Below are positions 39,737-49,123 of a stretch of 60,472 bases of DNA, in pieces. Origin of the DNA: Candidatus Zixiibacteriota bacterium (GTDB lineage: Bacteria > Zixibacteria > MSB-5A5 > GN15 > FEB-12); the NCBI GenBank assembly GCA_034659895.1, contig JAYEIF010000104.1, forward strand, positions 1 to 60,472, given 5' to 3'. The position numbers were made by a program, and so were the translations under genes. Each line of letters begins with the position of its first letter. Positions within the stretch are counted from its first letter, which is position 1. The notes under the pieces are model-generated. The model saw only the letters and a program-made list of their open reading frames with translations, did no database searches and was not told the DNA's origin.

Positions 39737-41116
39737 CTATCTAATTGCTTCCCTGATAGCAGAAGTGATAACCGGCAAGTCGTCTATGCTAACTGCTTTG
39801 AGATCAAGGATAAACTGTTCGTTTTCAATGCGACCGATAATAGGAGGGTTATTACTGCGAAATTGATTCATCAGTCGTGTCGCTTTGAAATCAGAAGAAA
39901 ATACAATTCCTACCGAGGGAATGTCAGATTCAGGCAAAGCTCCACCGCCTACAAACGCCTTGGTTGATTCAACTGAAATACCAGACGGATGCCCAATATC
40001 TGATATAAGTTTTTTGCCTCGATTGTAAAGTTCGGATTCGGGAATCGAGAGGATTTCCCATAGACGAATCTCCTTACGGAAATCACCACTCAGATAGATG
40101 CTCAACAAATGTTCCAAAACCGAGAACACTATTTTGTCAACACGCATTGTGCGAAACAGTGGATTGTGTTTGATTTTCTTTATATATTCAGATTTACCAA
40201 CAATCAAACCTGCTTGCATACCACCGAGTAGCTTGTCTCCTGAAAACGACGTAAGGTCAGCGCCGGCTCTGACTGACTGACCTACGGTTGGCTCAGTATA
40301 TCCAAGGATTTCATGCGTACCAATAAAGACGCCGCTGCCGAGATCATTGATTACCGATAGCTTGTGTTCTTTCCCAAGAGCTACCAGTTTATTCAGATCG
40401 ACTTCTTTAGTGAATCCGCCTTGAACAAAGTTGCTCTTATGCACTTTCAATATAAGTCCTGTGCGTCCATCCTCGATATTATCAGCGTAATCTTTTTCAG
40501 TAGTTATATTTGTAGTTCCTACCTCACGTAATTTTGCTCCGGATTTTTTAAGAATATCAGGGATACGGAAACCGCCGCCAATTTGAACGAGTTCTCCGCG
40601 TGAAATAACAACCTGCTTGCGGTTTGCCAGAGTGTTGAGCATAAGAAATAAAGCCGCAGCACAATTGTTTACAACCGTGCCTGCCTCCGCGCCAGTGAGA
40701 AGAGCCAAGTATTTTTCACAAGCAACCCCGCGGTTTCCTCTTTTTCCTCGTGCAAGATCGAATTCGACATTACCGTAACCGGTGACTGTCTTCTTGACAG
40801 CGTCAAATAATGATTCTGATAACGGCGCTCTTCCAAGGTTAGTATGCACTACAATGCCGGTAGCATTAATTACTTTCGTAATTTCCTGCTGTCGAGATTG
40901 GACCAATGCCTTACGGATTTTATTGAGCAAGCGACGATGCGAGATGGACTTACCATTTTTTTTCAATTGCATCTTAGAATCGGCAACAACCCTCTTGACT
41001 ACTTCTGCTGCTACGGGACGTGGAATTGCAGTTACTGATACTGTTAGCTCCTTGTGTTGAAGAAGTTCCTCAACAGCAGGAAAGTCTCTGAGTTTTTCTA
41101 TCATTTCTCTGTCCAT
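39737..41116 (-). CDS. selA: L-seryl-tRNA(Sec) selenium transferase SelA
   Basis: 459 aa, PLP-Lys motif FSGDKLLGGMQAGLIVG as in E. coli SelA. Confidence 0.93.
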   Translation of the reverse strand: MDREMIEKLRDFPAVEELLQHKELTVSVTAIPRPVAAEVVKRVVADSKMQLKKNGKSISHRRLLNKIRKALVQSRQQEITKVINATGIVVHTNLGRAPLSESLFDAVKKTVTGYGNVEFDLARGKRGNRGVACEKYLALLTGAEAGTVVNNCAAALFLMLNTLANRKQVVISRGELVQIGGGFRIPDILKKSGAKLREVGTTNITTEKDYADNIEDGRTGLILKVHKSNFVQGGFTKEVDLNKLVALGKEHKLSVINDLGSGVFIGTHEILGYTEPTVGQSVRAGADLTSFSGDKLLGGMQAGLIVGKSEYIKKIKHNPLFRTMRVDKIVFSVLEHLLSIYLSGDFRKEIRLWEILSIPESELYNRGKKLISDIGHPSGISVESTKAFVGGGALPESDIPSVGIVFSSDFKATRLMNQFRSNNPPIIGRIENEQFILDLKAVSIDDLPVITSAIREAIR

Positions 41117-41441
41117 ATTGTAGTGTTAAAGACAAACTTCGTAAAAACTTCTCTTTTGTTAGACAAAGCTTCAGGTGAATATTTGTCTAAAATGTGTCTC
41201 ACTCAAACCACCAGCCATTTCTGTCAAAGGATAGCTGTACTGTTTTCATTGACAAACAATGCATCACAAAAACCGATAACAGAATATGAAACAGGGGGAA
41301 AGCTCTATACAGACCATACAGTTAATAATAGAAATACACTCGTTCAAGTCAATGGAAATAACATATTTCCAGAATAGATGTGCACAAGTAGGATTTGCAG
41401 CTCACGGTTATTTTCTACTTTCTGAAATCACTACGGGTAAA

Positions 41442-44400
41442 TTAGAAATCAATATTTACCCACAGCTTCACTTCCCGAAGGTGGCTCTTGCGGTTACGAC
41501 TATCGGTGTCGGACCACTGCATACTAAGACCGCCGCGGATTTTTTGTGAAAAGGTATACGATATATCCGGTGTTATGCGGAATTCGGATTTATTTGTGGC
41601 AGAGGTAAGATTGTCGTTAACATCAAAATTCTCTGTTGTGCTCATGTTCTTTTTGACATCGAGCGAAATTGACATAGTAGATTTAAATTTTATCCTGCCA
41701 AAAATTGGTAATTTGAAACCACTTGGTGCAGAAAATTGATATTTAGTAGAAGCTCCAAACGTCTTGCGTGTTGAAATGGATGTTGATTGGAGGTCGCCAT
41801 TGATTCTGTTGTGGTTTTCCTCAGTGCTCTTCGATAAATTATATGAAGCAGATACAGACAGCTTTCGGAAAAGTTTTAAGTTGATCTGCAATAGGGGATT
41901 TTGGTTGATTGATTCCGATCGTGAGGTAACATATCCGCCATCTATATCAATTGTTTCCTTAGTGCTACGGCTATAGCTTGTACGAGGTGCCAGAACATCA
42001 ATGAGTTTGTTTACAACGCCCTTGATCAGTGGAAGTGTTGTGAAACGAGAAATATTAATAGTCAGATCTGGCCAGTTCGTTGATATGTTTCTGAACAAAC
42101 TCCCTTGCTTGATGAGGTCTTCATTAATGCTTCGTTTGAATCGTACGTCGGTAACGATTCCTCCAAGCAATTTGAAACCGCTTGAAAGTTCGTAGTTTTT
42201 CCCTTGAGTTGAAGAGGAATTACGAGTCTGTGATACAGTTAGTACGTCTGGATCTCTGGTTAGCCCAAAGCGGTATTTCAATTCAGGTCTGGAAGCCATA
42301 CCGGGGAGTGAGTAATTGAAATCCTCTTTGTAACTGTAGCTGGGTGATTCTATCCATCCTGTCAAAAACCGAAGAACAGCTAGAGGAGGATCATAGAAAG
42401 GTCTATCTGAATCCTTTTCCACATCCGCTTTGCGGCTCCGACGGCCACGTTGCTGACTACGGCGATGCCCTCCTCTTGATGAGCTCTTTCCTCCGAGGAG
42501 CTTAATGTGATCAAAAGTTCCGTTTACTCCCCATGAACGGCTGAGCGTAGAGTGACGCGATTCGGATGAACGATTCCAATTATCACGATACCGCGCACTG
42601 TATGACCATTTTGTTCCAAAGAACGAGAATAACTTTGGATCGTAGGAAAGACTGAATGTCTGATTGTAAGTTAACTCCTGTCCCAATTTGATTTTCTTCA
42701 GAGATATACTGACAGTGTCAGATTCGCTCAGATCACGGCGTGTCTCCAGACGGAGACTGGAAGTCAAATTTTCAAAGACCTTATACTGAACATCCATACT
42801 TGCTTTGAAGTTTCGCTTCAGATCATGTTGCCAGTCGCCACTGATATTATTAGTAATAGTCAGATTGCGGTCGTAGTTGCCGGAAACAGTCCACCGACTT
42901 GGGTACAAACCGAGGTGCGATTCAGATGTCTTTTTAGCGATGGGAATCCACTTGGTCCAGAAGAAAATTGGTATGGTCGGAGGACTCTTGACTCCCAAAT
43001 CAAAACCGGATTGCACATTATAACTTTCACCGAAGCTGTATGGAGTATTTACTGAGCTTCGTGTGTTACGTCGGTAGGAAAACGAAGTAGTCAGACGATT
43101 TAGCAACAAAGCGTATAGAAGATTTCCACCCCTGTTACTGAATTTAGGAGAGACTCGAAGTGTACGGGATTCGCTCACACTTTGTTCTTCGATTCGGAGT
43201 TCTTCAGGCAAAACTATGTCTGAATTACTTCTCAGTAGAGGTGTTGTGGTTGACTTTGAATAGGTTAATTTAACTGGGATTTTTGCTCCCCATGATCTAG
43301 GTATAAACTTATCGACATTAACTGTTGCCGAATAGGACATACTTGTTTGTGTTTCTCCGCTTCCAAGATTTGAGCTTGACCCGCCACGTGTTGAGGTAGA
43401 GATGTTGCGAAAATATGGATCCTTAGATTGATACGAAAAGCTGTAAGTGCCAATATCTGCCAGGTTTCCGTTAACTGATATACGGCCGGCAGTACCAACA
43501 TCGCGGCGAACATCAGATACTCGTAACTCGTCCAACCAGACCTCTCCTGATACATCATTGATTGAATCGCTGTTGATAATCCCTGCGGCGAAATATTTGA
43601 TAGAATTCAAATTGGGATTACCACAAACTCGAAGTGTACTGTCAGGATCGTTACTGTAAACGTTAATTTCTGACCACTCACTCTTTGGAATTTTCCTCTG
43701 TTCCGAATCCTTCAAAGCTGTTATTTCATTAAAGACAAGATTTATGTGGTTACGTGGATCCCAGCCATCCCATAGCCGTACTCGTTGCTGATAAAAATTA
43801 GTTGAGTCTGTACCAAGGCGGAAGATAAACCATACCTTCCCTTCGTTGAGTGGGTCTTTATATTCACCATGGACATACATCTTCAATTTGCCATAACCTG
43901 AGTATCGGTCAATAGAAATGAGATTCTTGACAGCCAGACAGGTGTCGCGATTATCCATCTCCTTAAATTGCAAAAGTAAGCCACGCTGCGATTCTGTGAT
44001 ATCGGTATTCGGATCGGTGTAGGCGTCGACACTGGAAGGTGCTGTAAATGTTCCGTCCTCCTCACTAACGGAGGCGACTACAAATTTTGTTTTGCTATCA
44101 TCACTTTTGGTTACAATAGTATCCTGCCAATTGGACTGTATAAAATACCAGTCAGCGATTTCAATGGTATCAGACCAAGTCTGTCCAGGAACACCTTCAA
44201 ACCACACACGAATGTGATCGATTTTATTCCATGATGGTTGCAGGGCAGCGTCATTTTCAGCTGAAAGTATTAGTGAGTCCATCGCGAGCGAGTCTCGGAT
44301 GGGAATACGATACGTATACCATGGTGTTTCTGCCCCTGTTGGATAAGCCGTGGTATCAACCCGAAACTCACATAATGAATCGGGATCGAGCGCTATCCGA

Positions 44401-47400
44401 TAAGAGAAATACCCATCGTCGGTATTAAACGGGCCACTGTATCCTTCCTCATCGGGAATCTCAAGATGGTCATAATCGCTTTTATTTCCTTCAGTGCCGT
44501 TAAGCCATTCATAGTACAGGGAATCGTTCCAAGCATCTTCATTCTCAAGATCACTGCAATCCGTCCGAGGACATTTTCCTTCCCCATAAAAATACCAATT
44601 GTCGTGATTAGGGTCGGGATTTGTTATTGGGTTGTAGTGCGGTTCTTCCTGATCTGTTAAACCATCAAGTCCAACATCCTCACTCTCCTCGAAATCTCCG
44701 ATAACGCCTATGTCTTCAGTAAATGCGTTGCCATCACCATTTATGTCTTCGTTGATACGCCCAAACTCAATGTGCATAATGCCGCTATTACTTGTTGCCC
44801 TAGCTCGAAATTCAAAGAGTTGTGCCCTTTCAGCGTCGATTCGTCCCTTGAAAGATCGTGCAACACCTGCCCATGAAACGCGGCTTGGATTTTCGATATT
44901 TATCTGAGTGGTATCATCAACATACCAACCGTCGGTTTCAGTGGAATCCCATGTGGTATCTATGTGGTTTGGTCGGAACACAAAGCGAATGCTTCGAATC
45001 GTTCCCTGCCCAATATCGTTATTTTTCGCAGGGTAGATATCTTCATATTGTGGAGCTACCCTCAAGTTGTGCCACAGTAACTGGGATCTTTCCCATTCCT
45101 CATTTATTGACTGTTTCAACTGATAAGGTTTGGAGGCTTTTTTCCAATTAGTACGGAAAGTGCCAAGTGAAAGTCTCTCAGTAGAAGCTTCAAAATCATC
45201 AATATATGCTACGTCATCGACATTTGGATTGGGATGGGATTGGGCGATCTCAGCGGATAATGATAATTTAGATTGTGACTCGGTTGAAATAAGTGGCAGC
45301 GCATCAAGAGCGGAAGTCAGGAAATTTGGATGGAGTTTTAAGGATGCATCTATATCATAGATTAACGATTTAGCTGTTTCTTGTCCTACTCTTGGTTTGC
45401 GATTTTCTGCTTTGTCAGATTTATAGATGACAGTAGACCCTATCTTGAAATCCCGTCCAAGTTCATACTCGGCTCGTGCGCCAAAGAGTGTTTTCTTTTT
45501 GGTGGCAATGAAAGGAGCATATTCAAAGTCAATGTTGATATCGGCATTTGGATCGGTTGCATCGTCGGAAAGGAGTGTTATCCGACCAAAACTGTAGTTG
45601 ATACTGTAGTCAACATCTTTCTGTAACCGACGACCGTTAACAGTTACCTTTTCAGAGCCTTCAATAATGTTTGGACGTCCGAGACGAATTGTAGAACTAC
45701 GAGATTTAGTAAAGATTTTGAGGAAATACTTGCTGGCATCTGTCTTATCAGTTCCAGAGGAAACGTCGTATATTTTTGGCACTCTCACTTGTAATTCTTG
45801 TGATTCATTACCATTCTCATATTTGAAAGTGCGATCAGTATCAAAAGGACGTCGATCAGGAAATATCAAAAGACCCCAGTCACTTCTATATATTGCCTCA
45901 CGATCATCGAATTTGCCATCTGGGATATTCCGAGTACCATCGTATTGATCTAATCCTAAAATTTCGAGATATGACTGTGTGCCAACACCATCTATTGTTT
46001 GATCGCTAACACTTTCGGACCTGTTCTCATTTCCTCTGAGTCCTTTGTATATTTTTATATCGAAGTCGTTGATATTCTGCCCGCGGCCTACGGAGTAACA
46101 GTTGCGCCACATTAAATCGTAGGTGCTATATGTAGAATCAGCACTGGGTGAGTATATCAACTTGAGCGTGGCTGTGTCTGATATTTCTCCTACCGTGTAA
46201 GTGTTGTCACCTCGTTGGACCTCCATATAAACGCCAATTGAATACTGTCTGGGAGCTGACGTGAAATAGATGTAGTGCTGGTTGGTTTGTGGATAGGTGA
46301 AAAAATCATACTCCTCGTCGGAAATCAAATCAACTCCATCATCTCTCTTCTCGTAGTAACCTTCATTTTCCGTGCTATTTTTAGACGGATTGTTGGGATC
46401 AACTAACATTTCAGCATAAATTGCGGTACCCGGACGCTCCGTCTCTGTTCCTCTGAGAGCTTGGTAGACTTCAATCCTTTTTATTGAGTCTCCTTGCTGA
46501 AAGTCATCTGCATGACCAAGGTCGAATATCCTTCTCTCCTGATATTCATTGTCACGTATAACCTTAGCACTTTCTTCACCTGAAGGAGTGATTCTGGCTG
46601 ATTCTGATGATCCCTTTTCTTGGGAGGCGATTCCGACTAAATGGAAATTTCCGATTTGAGCCTCAGCTTTAATTCCGAATAGCCCATTGATGCGCTCTGA
46701 ATATCCAACAAATTTGCTATTTTGCAATGCAAGATTAGTATTGCCGACCTCAATTGCTCTAAGGATATCATCCTCATCACCCTTGTATCGAATCTGGAGC
46801 CGATTGGCTAAAGGAATATCGGTCTGACTGTTCTGGGAAACTTTGACTGTTATTTTGCTGCCTATAGTACCGGTAATTTGGAATTTGGATATCTGTTCCA
46901 TGTGAAGGGATGGAAACTTACTCTGTTGGAAAGTTGAAGATTTGGCAGCATCTGTCCACTGGGACCGTCCTGAGAACATAATCCGGCGATTACCGGTGAC
47001 ACGCAGTCCAGCACCGCCTTTACCAAAAATGTTGTTCAAGCGTTTTGGTAAGTTAACGCTGAATCCTAAGCCACTTTTGGCGTTTTTTCTTTGAGTTTCT
47101 TTCAAGGAGCCGTTGACAAGGGTATAAAATTTTGAATCTATGTTTTTCTGTCTTCTAAAAGCAGAATATCGTTCGGCATTCACAGATACAGGGATTAGCG
47201 AAGTGGTGTGTCTTCCTCTTCTAGACAGCTCTGTGTTAAATCGAAGTGAGCTGTTTTCAAAGTTGGAATGGACTTGTCTTGGACTAAATTTCAGTTGGTT
47301 TGACAGAGGAGGGAAGACCGGCGATCCAAGAGATACCGACAGCTGGTCAGAAGGTTCAGCATATAATGACACTTTAGACGCCGGTTTATACATAGACATT

Positions 47401-47507
47401 GTAAAGCCCGACGCTCCATTTGCTTCGGGGTAGATACTAAACGTAATGCCTATTATAATGGACAGGGCAGTAATGAAAGCCCTTGTTACTTTTAAATTCA
47501 CAATCAC
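41442..47507 (-). CDS. sprA: Giant outer-membrane protein, SprA-like (type IX secretion translocon family)
   Basis: 2021 aa, N-terminal signal/anchor, beta-rich throughout, C-terminal ..WVNIDF. The block DDILRAIEVGNTNLALQNSKFVGYSERINGLFGIKAEAQIGNFHLVGIASQEKG resembles the conserved SprA block as I remember it (..IEVGNVSMPL..SLFGVK..QFG..VFSEQKS). Confidence 0.7.
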   Translation of the reverse strand: MIVNLKVTRAFITALSIIIGITFSIYPEANGASGFTMSMYKPASKVSLYAEPSDQLSVSLGSPVFPPLSNQLKFSPRQVHSNFENSSLRFNTELSRRGRHTTSLIPVSVNAERYSAFRRQKNIDSKFYTLVNGSLKETQRKNAKSGLGFSVNLPKRLNNIFGKGGAGLRVTGNRRIMFSGRSQWTDAAKSSTFQQSKFPSLHMEQISKFQITGTIGSKITVKVSQNSQTDIPLANRLQIRYKGDEDDILRAIEVGNTNLALQNSKFVGYSERINGLFGIKAEAQIGNFHLVGIASQEKGSSESARITPSGEESAKVIRDNEYQERRIFDLGHADDFQQGDSIKRIEVYQALRGTETERPGTAIYAEMLVDPNNPSKNSTENEGYYEKRDDGVDLISDEEYDFFTYPQTNQHYIYFTSAPRQYSIGVYMEVQRGDNTYTVGEISDTATLKLIYSPSADSTYSTYDLMWRNCYSVGRGQNINDFDIKIYKGLRGNENRSESVSDQTIDGVGTQSYLEILGLDQYDGTRNIPDGKFDDREAIYRSDWGLLIFPDRRPFDTDRTFKYENGNESQELQVRVPKIYDVSSGTDKTDASKYFLKIFTKSRSSTIRLGRPNIIEGSEKVTVNGRRLQKDVDYSINYSFGRITLLSDDATDPNADINIDFEYAPFIATKKKTLFGARAEYELGRDFKIGSTVIYKSDKAENRKPRVGQETAKSLIYDIDASLKLHPNFLTSALDALPLISTESQSKLSLSAEIAQSHPNPNVDDVAYIDDFEASTERLSLGTFRTNWKKASKPYQLKQSINEEWERSQLLWHNLRVAPQYEDIYPAKNNDIGQGTIRSIRFVFRPNHIDTTWDSTETDGWYVDDTTQINIENPSRVSWAGVARSFKGRIDAERAQLFEFRARATSNSGIMHIEFGRINEDINGDGNAFTEDIGVIGDFEESEDVGLDGLTDQEEPHYNPITNPDPNHDNWYFYGEGKCPRTDCSDLENEDAWNDSLYYEWLNGTEGNKSDYDHLEIPDEEGYSGPFNTDDGYFSYRIALDPDSLCEFRVDTTAYPTGAETPWYTYRIPIRDSLAMDSLILSAENDAALQPSWNKIDHIRVWFEGVPGQTWSDTIEIADWYFIQSNWQDTIVTKSDDSKTKFVVASVSEEDGTFTAPSSVDAYTDPNTDITESQRGLLLQFKEMDNRDTCLAVKNLISIDRYSGYGKLKMYVHGEYKDPLNEGKVWFIFRLGTDSTNFYQQRVRLWDGWDPRNHINLVFNEITALKDSEQRKIPKSEWSEINVYSNDPDSTLRVCGNPNLNSIKYFAAGIINSDSINDVSGEVWLDELRVSDVRRDVGTAGRISVNGNLADIGTYSFSYQSKDPYFRNISTSTRGGSSSNLGSGETQTSMSYSATVNVDKFIPRSWGAKIPVKLTYSKSTTTPLLRSNSDIVLPEELRIEEQSVSESRTLRVSPKFSNRGGNLLYALLLNRLTTSFSYRRNTRSSVNTPYSFGESYNVQSGFDLGVKSPPTIPIFFWTKWIPIAKKTSESHLGLYPSRWTVSGNYDRNLTITNNISGDWQHDLKRNFKASMDVQYKVFENLTSSLRLETRRDLSESDTVSISLKKIKLGQELTYNQTFSLSYDPKLFSFFGTKWSYSARYRDNWNRSSESRHSTLSRSWGVNGTFDHIKLLGGKSSSRGGHRRSQQRGRRSRKADVEKDSDRPFYDPPLAVLRFLTGWIESPSYSYKEDFNYSLPGMASRPELKYRFGLTRDPDVLTVSQTRNSSSTQGKNYELSSGFKLLGGIVTDVRFKRSINEDLIKQGSLFRNISTNWPDLTINISRFTTLPLIKGVVNKLIDVLAPRTSYSRSTKETIDIDGGYVTSRSESINQNPLLQINLKLFRKLSVSASYNLSKSTEENHNRINGDLQSTSISTRKTFGASTKYQFSAPSGFKLPIFGRIKFKSTMSISLDVKKNMSTTENFDVNDNLTSATNKSEFRITPDISYTFSQKIRGGLSMQWSDTDSRNRKSHLREVKLWVNIDF

Positions 47508-47567
47508 TCTATAGTAATCGGTACATATCAGTTACTTATAAATAGCTCGATAGGCTTTCTCCTTCCA

Positions 47568-48518
47568 CTAAAAATTACCAATTCTGGTAATTTCTTCTTC
47601 AAGTTCGATGCCAAACTTCTCTCGCACACGTTCTTTCATAATCGTAGCAAGAGAGTGAATATCGTGCGATGTGGCATTTCCAGTATTGACTATCATGTTT
47701 GCATGTTTCTCGTAAACTTTAGCGCCACCAACCGAAAGCTCCTTAGCTCCCGCTTTTTCAAGTAAACTACCAGCCGAAAGCTTACCATGCGGTTGAGAAG
47801 CGTCATGGATGTTTTTGAAAAAACATCCTGCTGTCAGTTTGTCCGGATGCTTCTTTCGACGAACAGCCAGGTTATCGGCGATATTTTTCTGAATCTCGTT
47901 CCGAATTCCATTCTCTAATTTTATTCGGACAATTGCAAGCACTTCCTTAGTTTTTTTTAGATGTGAATAGCGGTAGGCAAAGTGACAGTATTGTTTATCG
48001 ACAGTTTTATATTTCCCCTCCGAATCAACAAGTTTAAGCTCATGAATAACATCACTCATTTCGCCGCCAAAAGCGCCTGCATTTCCATAAACAGCCCCGC
48101 CGACTGTTCCCCAGATTCCTGCAGCAAATTCTAACCCTGCAAGTGATTTAGTTGCGGCAAATTCCACAACTGACATAAGATTTTCTCCAGCGCCACATTC
48201 TATTACTGTTTCGTTAACAAGTTGTATGCCAGTAACATCCACTTTGATTATCAGTCCATCGAAACCATCATCAGAAATCAGAAGGTTCGACCCACCACCA
48301 ATAACAAAATATGGTAATCCAAATTGCCGCGCTGAGGTTATTGCATGTGCAATATCATCCAACTTCCGCACGACGATAAAATAACTCGCTCGTCCGCCGG
48401 TCTTAAAACTTGTAAGCGGCGCCAACGGTTTGTCAAACTCAACTGAATCACCAAATTCAGCAATCAAAGCAGACCTTGAAATGTTTGGCCTAACTATCAG
48501 TTGTTCAGTCACTTTCAT
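47568..48518 (-). CDS. murB: UDP-N-acetylenolpyruvoylglucosamine reductase
   Basis: 316 aa, FAD-binding motif (IGGGSNLL) and MurB C-terminal domain. Confidence 0.92.
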   Translation of the reverse strand: MKVTEQLIVRPNISRSALIAEFGDSVEFDKPLAPLTSFKTGGRASYFIVVRKLDDIAHAITSARQFGLPYFVIGGGSNLLISDDGFDGLIIKVDVTGIQLVNETVIECGAGENLMSVVEFAATKSLAGLEFAAGIWGTVGGAVYGNAGAFGGEMSDVIHELKLVDSEGKYKTVDKQYCHFAYRYSHLKKTKEVLAIVRIKLENGIRNEIQKNIADNLAVRRKKHPDKLTAGCFFKNIHDASQPHGKLSAGSLLEKAGAKELSVGGAKVYEKHANMIVNTGNATSHDIHSLATIMKERVREKFGIELEEEITRIGNF

Positions 48519-48705
48519 TTATATGCAATATAGCTGCCATCAAAGAAAAAACAAGCTAAATCGGTCGCAATATGTGTGTATTCGGTTCTGTCTCAACTAA
48601 TTATACACGATAAATAAAGCATAGAGCCAACTAAAAAGGAAAATTGAAAGGAATATCCAGTCTTTTTTTTAATAAAAAGGAATCAATTCTAATGTATGGC
48701 TATGA

Positions 48706-49074
48706 TTAACTATCTGTAGTTTCGCCACTTTCGGATTCATCTTCCTTTTTATCATCCTCAGAATCAACATCTTTTGAACCAGTTGTTTCAGATTCCTGTT
48801 TCTGATCCCCTTTTTTGCTTTCTTCCACGTAGTTCATGCGCAATTCATAAAGGATGTGAGTCAATAGTTTCTCTTCGTCCTCAGTAAGGTTGCCCTTTGT
48901 TTTGGATTCAAGCATGCCAAGCATATCAATACTTGCCTGTGCCATAGACATGTCGCGCTCAACTTTGTTTGTAACAGGTGAAGCCATTTTTCCCATCTGT
49001 TGCATAGCTCCCATTTGCAACGATAATACCAATTGGGAAAACATAAAATTTTCTTTGTTTTCTGGATCAGTCAA
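48706..49074 (-). CDS. DUF1844-like small protein with acidic tail
   Basis: 122 aa. The pattern FSQLVLSL..A..QMG......A..SIDMLGMLESKTKGNLTEDEEKLL..ILYELRMNYVE matches my recollection of DUF1844. C-terminus is Asp/Glu/Ser-rich. Confidence 0.6.
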   Translation of the reverse strand: MTDPENKENFMFSQLVLSLQMGAMQQMGKMASPVTNKVERDMSMAQASIDMLGMLESKTKGNLTEDEEKLLTHILYELRMNYVEESKKGDQKQESETTGSKDVDSEDDKKEDESESGETTDS

Positions 49075-49123
49075 AATGTGTACTCCATAGTATAAAGTGC
49101 ATATTTACATATCTGTTCCAATC

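Noticed and set aside
41117-41441. ORFs 41054-41377 and 41286-41549 in or around the selA-sprA gap
   Set aside because: They overlap the ends of real genes on the opposite strand, have no RBS and have an implausible composition. I saw no structured-RNA signature in this gap either.
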